Of a DNA stretch of 64,000 bases, positions 39,332 to 49,905 are shown one piece after another. This DNA is from an uncultured Gammaproteobacteria bacterium (lineage in GTDB: Bacteria > Patescibacteriota > Microgenomatia > Levybacterales > GWA1-39-11). The stretch spans positions 12,101 through 76,100 of the forward strand of contig CAZEGF010000022.1 of assembly GCA_964511965.1 (NCBI GenBank). The letters are read 5' to 3'. The first letter of the stretch is position 1. Every line of letters starts with the position of its first letter. Below the pieces are notes generated by a model that searched no databases, was not told the origin of the DNA, and saw only the letters and a program-made list of their open reading frames with translations. A program made the position numbers and the translations under genes.

Positions 39332-39361
39332 CAGAAATTGTAGGCTTGTTATGCTTGATGT

Positions 39362-39979
39362 ATGGCTGCCTCAAAAAAGTCCTCTAATAATCTTCCAAAG
39401 ATCATAATTATAGTAGTAATTCTTCTTCTTTTAGGTGCAGGTGCATATTTTGTATTGGGAAATGGTAAAAATTCTATGATGGGTTCTGCCGTCAATAAGA
39501 TCACTTCTGCAAAAGATCTTCTAACTGCATCAGTTAGCATGCATTGTGAATATGACGAGAATAACATGCATTCCAAAGTTGAAATTAAAAATGGTGCAGT
39601 AAGAGTTGACAGTACCGGTCAAGGTGATGAGCAAAATGGAAGCATAATATTAAAGGGAAAGAGAATGTGGATGTGGCACGGAAAAGAAGGATATATTTAC
39701 AACATCCCCGATGAAGTGGATAGCAATGGAAAAACAGTTGACTCACAGTCAAATCAAAAAGAAGACTTGATGAAATCACTTGAAGCATACAAGGATGCTT
39801 GTAAGCCAGGTGTGGTAAGCGACAGCATTTTTGATGCTCCGGGAGATGTAAAATTCACTGATATGAATGATATGATGAAGCAAAATTCGGGAGACATGAT
39901 GAAATATCAGCAACAATATCAACAACAATATACACCACCAAGCAACGAATCTGATTCATCCTCAAACGACGGTTACTAG
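39362..39979 (+). CDS. Membrane-anchored hypothetical protein
   Basis: N-terminal TM helix, beta-rich domain with two Cys. Confidence 0.75.
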   Translation: MAASKKSSNNLPKIIIIVVILLLLGAGAYFVLGNGKNSMMGSAVNKITSAKDLLTASVSMHCEYDENNMHSKVEIKNGAVRVDSTGQGDEQNGSIILKGKRMWMWHGKEGYIYNIPDEVDSNGKTVDSQSNQKEDLMKSLEAYKDACKPGVVSDSIFDAPGDVKFTDMNDMMKQNSGDMMKYQQQYQQQYTPPSNESDSSSNDGY

Positions 39980-40056
39980 ACCTAATCTACTTGCTATATC
40001 TTTAAAATATTATTTGTATTCTTTATTACCTCTTGTTATACTGGGACTTGTTTTCT

Positions 40057-40473
40057 ATGAAAAAAACCAAGCTTTCAAAAGAAAAACCAACATTACTCAG
40101 ACCAAGTTGCGATACAAAAACTCTTCTTGATGGTCGTGGTGGAATATTTACTTGGGTACCACAAGACGTTATCAAAGAATTTAATCTTTTATACTTTAAT
40201 ACCGGAATTATTCGAGGGAATCACTATCACCCGGAATTTGTAGAATATTTTCTTGTTGTTGAGGGATCTGGAGCGATGGTTTATAAAGAAGAGAAAGGAA
40301 CTCCTGAGAATGTTGTTCATATGAGTCGTGGTACCTGCGTTAGAACTCCCCCAGGTGTTGCACATGCGTTTCAAGCAATAACAAATGTTACAGCTGTTGC
40401 TTTACTTACCAAGCCATGGGATGACTGCAAGACTCCGATTGTCAGAATTGATGTTATACAGAAATCTTCATGA
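40057..40473 (+). CDS. Cupin-fold sugar isomerase/epimerase (WxcM/FdtA-like)
   Basis: DGRG, RGNHYH, PPGVAHAF. Confidence 0.8.
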   Translation: MKKTKLSKEKPTLLRPSCDTKTLLDGRGGIFTWVPQDVIKEFNLLYFNTGIIRGNHYHPEFVEYFLVVEGSGAMVYKEEKGTPENVVHMSRGTCVRTPPGVAHAFQAITNVTAVALLTKPWDDCKTPIVRIDVIQKSS

Positions 40474-41168
40474 AACAGATTGCGCTAGTTGGAATAAATG
40501 GTTACATAGGTAGCGCACTTTTTGAAAAACTACGAAAAAATAAAAAATATAATGTTACCGGAGTAACACGTGATAATTATTCTATCTTTCAAAAAAAATC
40601 TTACGACTTGGTGATAAATGCTGCAATGCCATCCAAAAGGCTTTGGGCTGAGCAAAATCCTTTACTGGATTTTGATGAAACTGTAAAAAAAACGGCAGAT
40701 TTAGTGTACACATGGCAATACAAAAAATTCATACAAATTAGTACAATTTCTGCACGCTCAGAATTGGATCGAGTATATGGTAGAAATAAAGCAGCCGCAG
40801 AACGGATTTGCTTGGATGATAAAAATCTTATATTTAGATTAACATCAACATTTGGTGACAGGTTAACAAAAGGATCTGTTATTGATATACTCAATGGACA
40901 AAAGGTTTGGGTAGATGGTAGGAGCCGCTATAGTTTTGCAAGTCTTGAATTTGTTACAAGCTGGATTTCAGAAAATTTAGACAGAAAAGGAATTGTTGAG
41001 GTTGGAGCTAGAAATTCCCTGTCTTTAGAAAGAATTGCACACTATTTAGGAGTAAAGGTTTCCTTTCAAGGAAAAGTTGATCATCAAATTGTAAAAAATC
41101 CGTTGCCGGAATTTCCTGATGCAAGAGAAATATTAAAATACTTAAAGATGCGAATTAATAAAATATGA
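40470..41168 (+). CDS. NAD-dependent epimerase/dehydratase
   Basis: GINGYIG, YGRNK. Confidence 0.85.
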   Translation: MKQIALVGINGYIGSALFEKLRKNKKYNVTGVTRDNYSIFQKKSYDLVINAAMPSKRLWAEQNPLLDFDETVKKTADLVYTWQYKKFIQISTISARSELDRVYGRNKAAAERICLDDKNLIFRLTSTFGDRLTKGSVIDILNGQKVWVDGRSRYSFASLEFVTSWISENLDRKGIVEVGARNSLSLERIAHYLGVKVSFQGKVDHQIVKNPLPEFPDAREILKYLKMRINKI

Positions 41169-42421
41169 TAAATGTTACGAAAGTTAAAAAATGCAGAGTT
41201 TGCAACAATACTGATCTAGTCCCAGTTATTGATCTTGGAAGTCAATACCTTTCATCAGTTTTTCCTGAAAATTTAGCTTACCGCAAAAAAGCAGAAAAAT
41301 ATCCCTTAGATCTTGTCCTTTGTAAAAAAACTAAAGACACATGTGGAGCATTGCAACTGGCCCATTTTATTAATTTAGACAGTATGTATGAGTTGTATCC
41401 TTATTCAAGTTCTACCAATTCATCAATGGTCGGAATTTTAAAAGACGTTGTTGATAGTGCAATTCCATTAGTTCAACTAGAGCGTGATGATCTTATTTTG
41501 GATATTGGAGGTAATGATGGAACGTTATTATCTTTTTTTGCAAAAGAAAAATTGGATCTTTTAACAATTGATCCTGCCCAGAAAATCAAACAAGTTTTTA
41601 AATCAAATAGATACAGATATATTTGCGATTTTTTCAATAAAAAAACTTTTGAGAAAGCGACTAATAAAAAAGCAAAACTCATTTTTAGTATCGCAATGTT
41701 TTATCATTTATCTGATCCTATTTCTTTTTCAAAAGAAGTACGAAGTGCCCTTGCCGATGATGGGGTATGGGTTATTCAAATGGCGTATTTGCCAACAATG
41801 ATAACAACCAATATGTACGACAATATCGTTCATGAACACGCCGGGTATTATACTGCAACAAATATGGTGTGGATTATGGAAAGAGCGGGGTTAGAAGTAT
41901 TTGACGTGATGCTTAATGACGTATATGGTGGAAGTTTTAGAATCTTTGTTAAAAAAACCTCAAACACAAAACTTAAAACTACCAAGAGACTTAGGAAAAT
42001 ATTAGATGATGAGAAGAAACAGAAATTAACCAACACCAAAACATACACTGATTTTATGAATAGAATTGAGAAAACAAAAACAGATCTCAAAAAGTTAATT
42101 GCAAAAATTAAAAAACAAAACAAAAGCATTTGGATTTATGGGGCATCAACAAAAGGTAGTACAATCCTTCAGTTTTGCGATATAACAAATAAAGATATTG
42201 TCGCAGCAGCTGATAGTAATCCATTTAAATTCGGCAAATATATAATTGGCGCCGATATCCCAATAAAAGACGAAAAAGCATTAAGAAAAGCAAAACCAGA
42301 TTATCTTCTTGCCTTGCCATATAGTTTTGTTGATGGGTTTATAAGTAGAGAAAAAGAACTAGTAAAAAACGGAACAAAATTCATTGTTCCACTTCCCCGT
42401 GTGAAAGTAATTCCAAAGTAG
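41165..42421 (+). CDS. NDP-hexose C-methyltransferase family protein
   Basis: CRVC Zn site, DIGGNDG, YDNIVHEH, YGGS, YGASTKG, FIVPLP. Confidence 0.88.
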   Translation: MINVTKVKKCRVCNNTDLVPVIDLGSQYLSSVFPENLAYRKKAEKYPLDLVLCKKTKDTCGALQLAHFINLDSMYELYPYSSSTNSSMVGILKDVVDSAIPLVQLERDDLILDIGGNDGTLLSFFAKEKLDLLTIDPAQKIKQVFKSNRYRYICDFFNKKTFEKATNKKAKLIFSIAMFYHLSDPISFSKEVRSALADDGVWVIQMAYLPTMITTNMYDNIVHEHAGYYTATNMVWIMERAGLEVFDVMLNDVYGGSFRIFVKKTSNTKLKTTKRLRKILDDEKKQKLTNTKTYTDFMNRIEKTKTDLKKLIAKIKKQNKSIWIYGASTKGSTILQFCDITNKDIVAAADSNPFKFGKYIIGADIPIKDEKALRKAKPDYLLALPYSFVDGFISREKELVKNGTKFIVPLPRVKVIPK

Positions 42422-42436
42422 TATAATTTTTCCCTT

Positions 42437-42877
42437 ATGTTAGAGAGTAGATTGTTTAAAATTGGTGGTATCGCTCTTTCCGGGATGTTATTATTTGCAT
42501 CTTGTGAGCAAGACAGAAACACATCATTCACAAGATGTGAATATGATAATAACCCTCAAAGTACTGGTGATGAACCGATTTATTTACGCGAGAATAGGAT
42601 AGGAACTAACTACGAATTAACATTGGGAGAAAATAAATTTTTAAGAAATCCGGATACTGGTGTGCTTGAATGGATAGTGAAAGGAGTAAAGCAAGAAATG
42701 TTTCCTGACAATGAAATAATTGTTTTTGATAACCACACGGGGAGAACTGCAGATTTAACAATAACAAATCACGAAAAATTTATTAAAGTAGATATTACAA
42801 CTGAGTGTAACAGTAATAAACCCCTAACACCAGTTTTAACTACTGGCGGGATGCTTCAAGACTCAAGTACTCAATAA
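42437..42877 (+). CDS. Putative lipoprotein
   Basis: LLFAS|C lipobox-like sequence. Confidence 0.6.
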   Translation: MLESRLFKIGGIALSGMLLFASCEQDRNTSFTRCEYDNNPQSTGDEPIYLRENRIGTNYELTLGENKFLRNPDTGVLEWIVKGVKQEMFPDNEIIVFDNHTGRTADLTITNHEKFIKVDITTECNSNKPLTPVLTTGGMLQDSSTQ

Positions 42878-44141
42878 CCAAATCTGGAACATAAATAAAA
42901 TCAGTCTTTTTATATCCATTGCGAAGTAGTGCATCAGCAACACTTTTAGAAAGAACTACAGGGTAATAGTCGTCGATTTTTCGAGCAAGAGTTTGTTGTT
43001 CTGTTTGGTCTTCTAAAAGATCATAGCCAATTGTCAGAATACCTTTCGTTATCTTTTTTGGTTTGTATTTTAAAATATCCAGTCTGTCATAAAATCTTTT
43101 CTTGTATTCTTGTATCCCTTCTTTTGTTGCACGAAAAGCAATAACTCGCCCATTTGCAATTTCGATAACCTTCTTAAGAACAATATCAGTTGGATCAATT
43201 ATTGTTACGTTAGGATATTTTTTGGAAATTGTCTCAAGGCTTATTACATCCTCGCTTTTTTGAATTTTTCCCCGTCTATCTTCAGATTGGACTACTGATT
43301 TGTGAAATCGGTCTCCAACAATTAAAATTCTTTTTGGCTTCCATTTGTTTTGTTTTTCAATGGTACGAAGGTCTTGGCATAAAATATCTAATTTATGTGG
43401 AGATAAATCATATGAATTTGCTCCTGGTAAAAATATTTGGTCATCTTTGACAGGGAAGAAAATATATTCACCGGTAGTTTTGTCACAAACTCTGTTAATT
43501 ACTTTTTCAAGTGCATCATATGAAGAATTTGCATCATAATAATTCCATATATTTGTGTAGCTGGGTTTTACACTGGCAATTGTTACCGCATCCAATTTTT
43601 TATGATTGTGGACAAATTGAGTCGCAATAAAATCCCCATTTCCGGAAAAAAGAACAGAATGTCCTTTGGAAAGATCAAGATTTAGAGTTCCGTCGGATAG
43701 ACTTTTTGTAAGTATTCCTTTTGCGAAATTTACTTTATCAACCCATGTTCTTCGATCTATAGCATCAAACAATTTTTTAATTCCCAAAAATCCAAAAGAA
43801 TAGAGGATGATATTTGGGACATGGTACAAAATATTTTTTTGATCAACAGTGTCACCAATAATATTCCATACGTAATTTAATCCGTTAAAAATAGGATCTG
43901 GTAAATTTGTCCAGGAGGGTAGACTTTTTGAAAAATGATCTGCAAACTGGGGGAAAACTGCCATCATAAATCCAAGAGTTAGTCCTAAAGGCACTGCGGA
44001 TTTTTTCAAAAAGCCAACGGTTTTTGATTCCTCATCCCGCTTTTCAAAAGCAAGAATAAGATCCATCTCATTTGGAGTTATTTTGTTATTTGTTGTAATC
44101 TTTTTGGAAACAGTAAGTAACTGCTTTTTAGAATACTTCAT
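42840..44141 (-). CDS. Hypothetical membrane-associated protein
   Basis: Long ORF; start trimmed to MKYSKK. Confidence 0.75.
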   Translation of the reverse strand: MKYSKKQLLTVSKKITTNNKITPNEMDLILAFEKRDEESKTVGFLKKSAVPLGLTLGFMMAVFPQFADHFSKSLPSWTNLPDPIFNGLNYVWNIIGDTVDQKNILYHVPNIILYSFGFLGIKKLFDAIDRRTWVDKVNFAKGILTKSLSDGTLNLDLSKGHSVLFSGNGDFIATQFVHNHKKLDAVTIASVKPSYTNIWNYYDANSSYDALEKVINRVCDKTTGEYIFFPVKDDQIFLPGANSYDLSPHKLDILCQDLRTIEKQNKWKPKRILIVGDRFHKSVVQSEDRRGKIQKSEDVISLETISKKYPNVTIIDPTDIVLKKVIEIANGRVIAFRATKEGIQEYKKRFYDRLDILKYKPKKITKGILTIGYDLLEDQTEQQTLARKIDDYYPVVLSKSVADALLRNGYKKTDFIYVPDLVIEYLSLEASRQ

Positions 44142-44252
44142 AATATTTTGTGTATTGTAACGTAAAGGATAGAAAAAATAAAACATATAGACATATATTA
44201 AAATTTGGAGAATAATAAAATTAATATGATAATTAACAAAGGAGGTGAGTCT

Positions 44253-44423
44253 ATGAAAAATAATGCAGGATCAGGTGCTATTTATGGTCTCGGTGTTCTA
44301 GGAGCTCTTGTTTATTTCCTTCAGCATGCAACTTCTTTTGTTGATGGTCTCATAGGTATAATACAAGCAGTTTTTTGGCCGGGAGTAGTGCTATATAAAG
44401 TTTTGGAAATGTTAAAACTTTAG
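44253..44423 (+). CDS. Small two-TM membrane protein
   Basis: SD AAAGGAGGTG; GAIYGLG...FWPG. Confidence 0.75.
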   Translation: MKNNAGSGAIYGLGVLGALVYFLQHATSFVDGLIGIIQAVFWPGVVLYKVLEMLKL

Positions 44424-45118
44424 GTCGAACGGAAAATTTCGACGTTGAATGGGTCGGGATAAGGATTACTTACCTTTTCAAATCTCTCTTCCCACATACG
44501 GGGGAATGCACTAACCTCTTTCATACCACACGTAACAACAGTAATAGGTTTGGTTTCCGCAATTTTTCGCAAATTATTTTCTACTGCAAATTGAGATTTC
44601 TGAGCATCGGGCCAAAAGGGATTGAACATAAAAAATATGGTTCCGTCATCCATTTCAGTTCTTGCCGCATCTCCATGAATAAATGTAGCATTTTCAATTT
44701 CAAAATGTTCTTTTATACCAGTTGCAGCTTCAAATCTATGTTCAACGAATTCTATACCTTTAAATGTTGCATCAGTTGTAAGAGCACCGTATAAAGTGAA
44801 GCGTCCATATCCTGAACCAATATCATAGACAATATCATCTTTAGTAGGATTGACTTCATGTAAAATAAGCTGCGCAAGTCTGTACGGAATTCCTTGATAA
44901 ATATAATCTCTATATGTCAGGCCATATCTGTCAGGGTATTGATGGTTGGATATGTATTCCTGTCCATAATAAGATATAAATCTCGGGATTCCCAAAAGGG
45001 TATCCAAAAAACACGAATCTATTTTCCCATCACCTTGATCCATGGCTTGAACTATATCTCGCAAATTCTGCGGTTCTTGTGATAACGCTTCTTGTAAAGG
45101 CCGATAATATTCAGACAT
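44420..45118 (-). CDS. Class I SAM-dependent methyltransferase (DOT1-like)
   Basis: YDIGSGYGR, GIEF, FFMFNPF; TATAAT 7 nt before ATG. Confidence 0.85.
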   Translation of the reverse strand: MSEYYRPLQEALSQEPQNLRDIVQAMDQGDGKIDSCFLDTLLGIPRFISYYGQEYISNHQYPDRYGLTYRDYIYQGIPYRLAQLILHEVNPTKDDIVYDIGSGYGRFTLYGALTTDATFKGIEFVEHRFEAATGIKEHFEIENATFIHGDAARTEMDDGTIFFMFNPFWPDAQKSQFAVENNLRKIAETKPITVVTCGMKEVSAFPRMWEERFEKVSNPYPDPFNVEIFRST

Positions 45119-45241
45119 GAAGTGGATTATAGCTATGTTGACAGTATGATACAAGTTCAATAAGTATTTTGATTTTTACCTAATTTCCATCGAATATGAA
45201 TTTGTCCAAAAGATAGTTATACTAAATATATCCATGCAATT

Positions 45242-45460
45242 ATGAAATCTAAAAAACATTCCTCAAGCAAAAAGAGGTCACTAGCCAAATCATTTACATT
45301 CCGGGTTTTGATAATTTTTACTGATGGAATTATTGGATTTGCATTAACTCACAGATATGATCTGACAGTTGGATTTGTTATTTTTACAAATATAGCAAGT
45401 ACTATCATTTACTTTCTCCATGAAAGAGTATGGTCCAGGACTAGATGGGGAATTTCTTAA
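45242..45460 (+). CDS. DUF2061-like membrane protein
   Basis: RSLAKSFTFR...YFLHERVW. Confidence 0.85.
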   Translation: MKSKKHSSSKKRSLAKSFTFRVLIIFTDGIIGFALTHRYDLTVGFVIFTNIASTIIYFLHERVWSRTRWGIS

Positions 45461-45490
45461 AAAAACTCTTTTTTGCTATAATCCCCTCAA

Positions 45491-46150
45491 ATGAGTTCGC
45501 CAGAAGGATCACTGCCTGACTTTTCACAATTTCACAGCTTAGAATTAGGGACCCGCATTGCTGAAGGGGGAGATAGTGTGGTGTATAGATTTGGAGGGTA
45601 TGTTGTTAAAGAATACAAGAATTCAATATATATTGACCAAGTAACTCAATACCAAAAAGCAACTGAGCAGGTTGTTGCATCTTTGATTGAAGATCCATTA
45701 ACTCAAGAAGTAAAAATTGGAGATGAAACGTGGGATGGAAGATACTATGCAAACCCAATAATAGAAGTTTTGAGCCCTCAACATTCTATAGGTCTTGTAA
45801 AAGCTGTCAGTAGATATATTGCAGGACCTAACGGAAATGATTTAATGTTAGGAACAAATGTTTATACTGGTAGGCTTCATCAGCAGCTTGATGAATTGGG
45901 TGACACTGCAGAAGCTACATTTCTTCGTGAAATTGGCAGAAAAATGCCCGAGCGAAAACTTAGAGACAATTTTTTGAGAAGTACATTATCCAATGCATTG
46001 ATGGAAAGGATAAGAATAGTAACGGGAGTCAGAAACCTTAGAACTCTATCTGCCTTGAATATAAAATATAGGGCGAATACTGAAAATCAGACATTAAATA
46101 TGATAGTCACCGATTTTGCAGACGATTTAGAAGACCTAGTGTTTCCATAG
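45491..46150 (+). CDS. Hypothetical protein with kinase-like N-lobe
   Basis: IAEGGDSVVY...VVKEY, C-terminal IVTDF. Confidence 0.6.
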   Translation: MSSPEGSLPDFSQFHSLELGTRIAEGGDSVVYRFGGYVVKEYKNSIYIDQVTQYQKATEQVVASLIEDPLTQEVKIGDETWDGRYYANPIIEVLSPQHSIGLVKAVSRYIAGPNGNDLMLGTNVYTGRLHQQLDELGDTAEATFLREIGRKMPERKLRDNFLRSTLSNALMERIRIVTGVRNLRTLSALNIKYRANTENQTLNMIVTDFADDLEDLVFP

Positions 46151-46194
46151 TGAAATATGCAAAGCAAGAAAAGCTTGGCTACGCTAAGCAAAGC

Positions 46195-46246
46195 CTGTGG
46201 GTTTTGAGAAAGCGATTCTTGTAAAGGCCGATAATATTCAGACATG
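46195..46246 (-). pseudogene. Truncated duplicate of the methyltransferase 5' end
   Basis: MSEYYRPLQESLSQNPQ vs MSEYYRPLQEALSQEPQ; 31 bp identical to 45089-45119. Confidence 0.85.
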
Positions 46247-46368
46247 GAGGAAATAATATCACTCCACAACTCTGAAGGTAACCCGATTGAACTTTGACAA
46301 CATTGGTTCTCACAAGCATACAACTTCTTCCCTATAATTTAGAAACCCCCTGTTATATAATGACCCTC

Positions 46369-46896
46369 ATGAAGTTATTCAACTTTAGTTTCAGAGATTT
46401 GGGATTGTCTTTTCTATCTTTCATTATAGTTCTCCTAATTTGGATGATGAGTTTCCTTCACGTTGGAAGATCAAATCTCTTCGTTTACAACGAAAAATTT
46501 GACTACATTCGAATATTGCTGTTTTCTATTTTTTACCAGATAGTAGCTATATTTTTTGTAACTTTTTTTGTATCAAAGTTTCTAAAGATCTGGATAATTT
46601 ATATATTTTCAATTTTACTTACAATCCTTATCATTTATTATCAACTTCCACACCAGATTACACTTTTGACAACACCTCTTCCAAATGGAAATTATGATTA
46701 TGTCGTTTATAATATGCAAACTTTTGCGGAACTCTCTGTACGACCCTGCGTAACTACTATGGTAAAACAGAAAGGTTCACCGGATTATTTCAATCTCGGA
46801 AATAAAAAGATTATTAAAGAAATTCGTAGAGTAAATTCAATATGTATCGATTATTCTAGAAAACCGAATTTTCAAAATTTCGAATACCCACTCTGA
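46369..46896 (+). CDS. Hypothetical membrane protein
   Basis: Three TM helices; TATAAT 7 nt before ATG. Confidence 0.65.
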   Translation: MKLFNFSFRDLGLSFLSFIIVLLIWMMSFLHVGRSNLFVYNEKFDYIRILLFSIFYQIVAIFFVTFFVSKFLKIWIIYIFSILLTILIIYYQLPHQITLLTTPLPNGNYDYVVYNMQTFAELSVRPCVTTMVKQKGSPDYFNLGNKKIIKEIRRVNSICIDYSRKPNFQNFEYPL

Positions 46897-46909
46897 TATA
46901 ATTACACTC

Positions 46910-48010
46910 ATGAATGTTTCAGTAGGAATTGTTGGGTTGCCAAATGTTGGGAAGTCAACGTTATTTAATGCATTGTTGAAAAAACAGGCTGCGCTTGCTG
47001 CAAATTATCCTTTTGCAACAATAGAACCAAATGTCGGAATTGTACCAGTGCCCGACGATCGTCTCACCCGTTTGGCAGAAATTACCAAAGAAGAAGTAGG
47101 GATGAGTGATCTTCCCCCAATAAAACCAGCTATGGTTGAATTTGTTGATATAGCAGGACTTGTAAAAGGTGCTTCAGAAGGGGAGGGACTTGGGAATAAA
47201 TTTCTTTCACACATTCGAGAAGTAAAGGTAATTGCGCATGTTGTCAGAGCTTTTGAGGATAAAGATGTTATACGCGAGGGTTCAGTTGGCGTTAAAGAGG
47301 ATTATGAAACTATAACAACGGAGTTGATACTTGCAGATCTTGATACACTTTCTAAAATTAATGAGAAAACCTTAAGAACTGATACTGTTCTAAATTCTGC
47401 AATTACAAAATTAAAATCTCATTTAGATACCGGTCTTCCTGCCCGAAGCTCTTTGCTTACTGATGGAGAGCAGGAAACAATAAAACAGTTATCGCTTTTA
47501 ACTTCAAAGCCGGAAGTTATGGTTCTAAATGTTGGTGAAGAATCTTATTCAGAAAGCAAATTTGAATCAATAATTGGTCAATACAGTCAACTATTGGGTA
47601 TGGATAAGAAAGATATGGTCGTTGTGTCGGCAAAAATCGAATCAGAACTTGCTGAACTTGGGGAAGAGGATGCGACGCAATATTTAAAAGAATTAGGAGT
47701 TGAAAAGTCTGGGCTTGAAAGACTCATCCAGAAGGCTTACGAGAAATTGGGACTAATATCATTTCTTACCTGTGGAGAAAAAGAAGTAAGAGCATGGACA
47801 GTTAAAATTGGAGCAACTGCAGTTGAGGCAGCAGGAGAAATCCACACAGATTTTATGGATAAATTTATCAAGGCAGAGGTTGTAAGTTACAATGATTTTG
47901 TAGAATGTAATGGTTGGAAAGGGGCCCGGGAAAAGGGCAAAGCCGGACTTCAGGGGAGAGAATACGTCATGCAAGACGGAGACACAGTAGAATTTAAGAT
48001 TGGCCGTTGA
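46910..48010 (+). CDS. ychF: Redox-regulated ATPase YchF
   Basis: [31 protein letters not shown] domain. Confidence 0.97.
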   Translation: MNVSVGIVGLPNVGKSTLFNALLKKQAALAANYPFATIEPNVGIVPVPDDRLTRLAEITKEEVGMSDLPPIKPAMVEFVDIAGLVKGASEGEGLGNKFLSHIREVKVIAHVVRAFEDKDVIREGSVGVKEDYETITTELILADLDTLSKINEKTLRTDTVLNSAITKLKSHLDTGLPARSSLLTDGEQETIKQLSLLTSKPEVMVLNVGEESYSESKFESIIGQYSQLLGMDKKDMVVVSAKIESELAELGEEDATQYLKELGVEKSGLERLIQKAYEKLGLISFLTCGEKEVRAWTVKIGATAVEAAGEIHTDFMDKFIKAEVVSYNDFVECNGWKGAREKGKAGLQGREYVMQDGDTVEFKIGR

Positions 48011-48068
48011 TATTAATTAAATTGTAACCAATCCTTGATTTCTGCGAAATTAAGATAGGAAGATAAAT

Positions 48069-48506
48069 ATGGCTGAAGATAAAAGTGATGCTCAAAGAGA
48101 AGCGGAAGAGATGGAGGCAATGTTTAACAGCATTAATAAACTAATTGGAGAAAACCTCACACTTCCAGTAACTTTAAGCCTCGAGGATGCAGAAAGATTA
48201 AGACGGTTTGTTGAGAAAGGATATGTCAATGATGTCGGTGGGACAAGCGTTGAAAGACAACGACTTTGGGAAACAGCGCTTGTTATACATGAAAGAATAT
48301 TAATGGAACAAATGGAACATGAGAACAAATCAGAGGATAGCATAACAATTCCATTGTTCGAAACCCAAATTGCTGAGCTTGAGTCATTAACTCACAGTGG
48401 ATTAAATTTTGGAATGATGCTTGATGAGCGATTAGATGTTATTGAAGCAATTAGTCATACACGCGAAGCATATGTTAAGAGTAGATCCGAAATTCAAGGT
48501 CAATAA
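48069..48506 (+). CDS. Hypothetical protein
   Basis: 145-aa acidic ORF. Confidence 0.65.
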   Translation: MAEDKSDAQREAEEMEAMFNSINKLIGENLTLPVTLSLEDAERLRRFVEKGYVNDVGGTSVERQRLWETALVIHERILMEQMEHENKSEDSITIPLFETQIAELESLTHSGLNFGMMLDERLDVIEAISHTREAYVKSRSEIQGQ

Positions 48507-48546
48507 ATTCCTGGACACGATGTTTAAATTGTTTTAATATAGTTCT

Positions 48547-48879
48547 ATGAATGACTGTATATTCTGCGAAATTGTTAAAGGAGAAATTCCAAAAGACTTT
48601 AGATTTAAGGATGAGAATGTCCTGGCGTTTGATGATATTCATCCGGTTGCCAAAGTCCACGTTCTTTTCATAAGCCGAGAGCATTACAATGCATTCGAAG
48701 ATCTTCATGATGATGATGTTATGTCATCAATGAGAAAAGGAATTCAAAAATTAGTTGAAGAGACAAATCTTGTTGGAAAAGGTTACAAAGTTCTTGTTAA
48801 CGGCGGAGGAGGACAGGTCATAAATCATCTTCATTTTCACCTCATTGGCCCAACTGGGCTGCAAGCACCCATAAAGTAA
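48547..48879 (+). CDS. hinT: HIT family nucleotide-binding protein
   Basis: DCIFC, QVINHLHFHLIG. Confidence 0.93.
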   Translation: MNDCIFCEIVKGEIPKDFRFKDENVLAFDDIHPVAKVHVLFISREHYNAFEDLHDDDVMSSMRKGIQKLVEETNLVGKGYKVLVNGGGGQVINHLHFHLIGPTGLQAPIK

Positions 48880-48934
48880 CTTTAAACGTTAAACTTAAAA
48901 CCTCAAACTGAAATTTTGTTGTGGGAAATTATAT

Positions 48935-49905
48935 AGAAGGGACCCTGCTGTTTCCGCAGCAGGGTCCCAGAGAAGCGGGAGCCCGGAGGCTCCTGGTCAA
49001 TCACAGTCCGCCGTAATTCGCGCGTGCTTATCGCAGCGATGGCAGACCAGAGATGATCCTCATCATTTGCATGTCCCCATAGCGGGGAAGGTGGGCTCTA
49101 GCCCCACCTTCCCCTAGGGAAGGAACGCATAACGGTCAAGGAGAACCAAAAAACCGTCAGCGGAATCCTTTTGGGTGGGACGGGCCGACATGGGGAGGTA
49201 TGTCTACCCGTCCCGTGGAATGAGGGAGGAGTCCACATTCCGTGAAACCGCTTGGTCAGGGCGGCTTCCTCGATCAGCGGCTTATATGCCGCGGGAAAAC
49301 CGGGAAGGGCTGGACAACGAAGTCCAGCCCAATTCCGGCCGGAGACAGAAGAGGTCGAGTTTTCTGCTCCTAAGATCTTGTTCCCGAACCTGCGGGCGGG
49401 CGGATTCGCAGAGAAACAAGATCCTCTCGACCAGCGGCTTATATGCCGCGGGAAAACCGGGAAGGGCTGGACAACGAAGTCCAGCCCAATTCCGGCCGGG
49501 GATAAATCCCCTAGGGTTATCTGGTGGAGACCTAGGTGGGTAAACGGGGTGAAATGGGTTTGTCTCCTGGCCAGCGTTACCCTTCTTTATCCAGTTTCCG
49601 TACATAGGTCGGATCAGGACGGGGGTAATGCCCCCGTCCATCACCGTTATCAAGAGCTAAGGTTTTTGCGTTACCGCCTATTGGCGGCTTCGATAATGGC
49701 GGTCAGACCCTTGCGGTGTCTGCCAAATTCTTGGGCTAAAAAGCCCTGGATATAACCACAGGCGGTCCCTTGTTGGGACCATAGCTATAAGCCAGTATCA
49801 CCATGTCAAACCTCTCCAGTTTGAATTTGCTACACCCGACTAGCGGGTGGAACATGCAAATGTATGTAAAAGAGCGCCCGCAATGCGGGCAATGCCCTTT
49901 ACGGT
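48935..49905 (-). ncRNA. Candidate ~970-nt structured non-coding RNA (islet B)
   Basis: Promoter and boxA-like element at 5' end, more than 15 hairpins, long-range closing helix, terminal 12-bp hairpin 48939-48968, no credible ORF. Confidence 0.7.
49275..49499. repeat. 68-bp exact direct repeat (49275-49342, 49432-49499)
   Basis: CAGCGGCTTATATGCCGC...GTCCAGCCCAATTCCGGCCGG present twice. Confidence 0.95.

Noticed and set aside
49275-49499. CRISPR array from the 68-bp repeat
   Set aside because: Only two copies, repeat and spacer too long, no cas genes in the window
49522-49530. tmRNA/tRNA-like 3' end TCTCCACCA on the minus strand
   Set aside because: No T-arm (GTTCRA) upstream and no matching acceptor stem
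48935-49905. Group I/II intron or RNase P RNA
   Set aside because: No interrupted host gene, no domain V, no ordered P7 elements and no GAGGAAAGUCC found by eye
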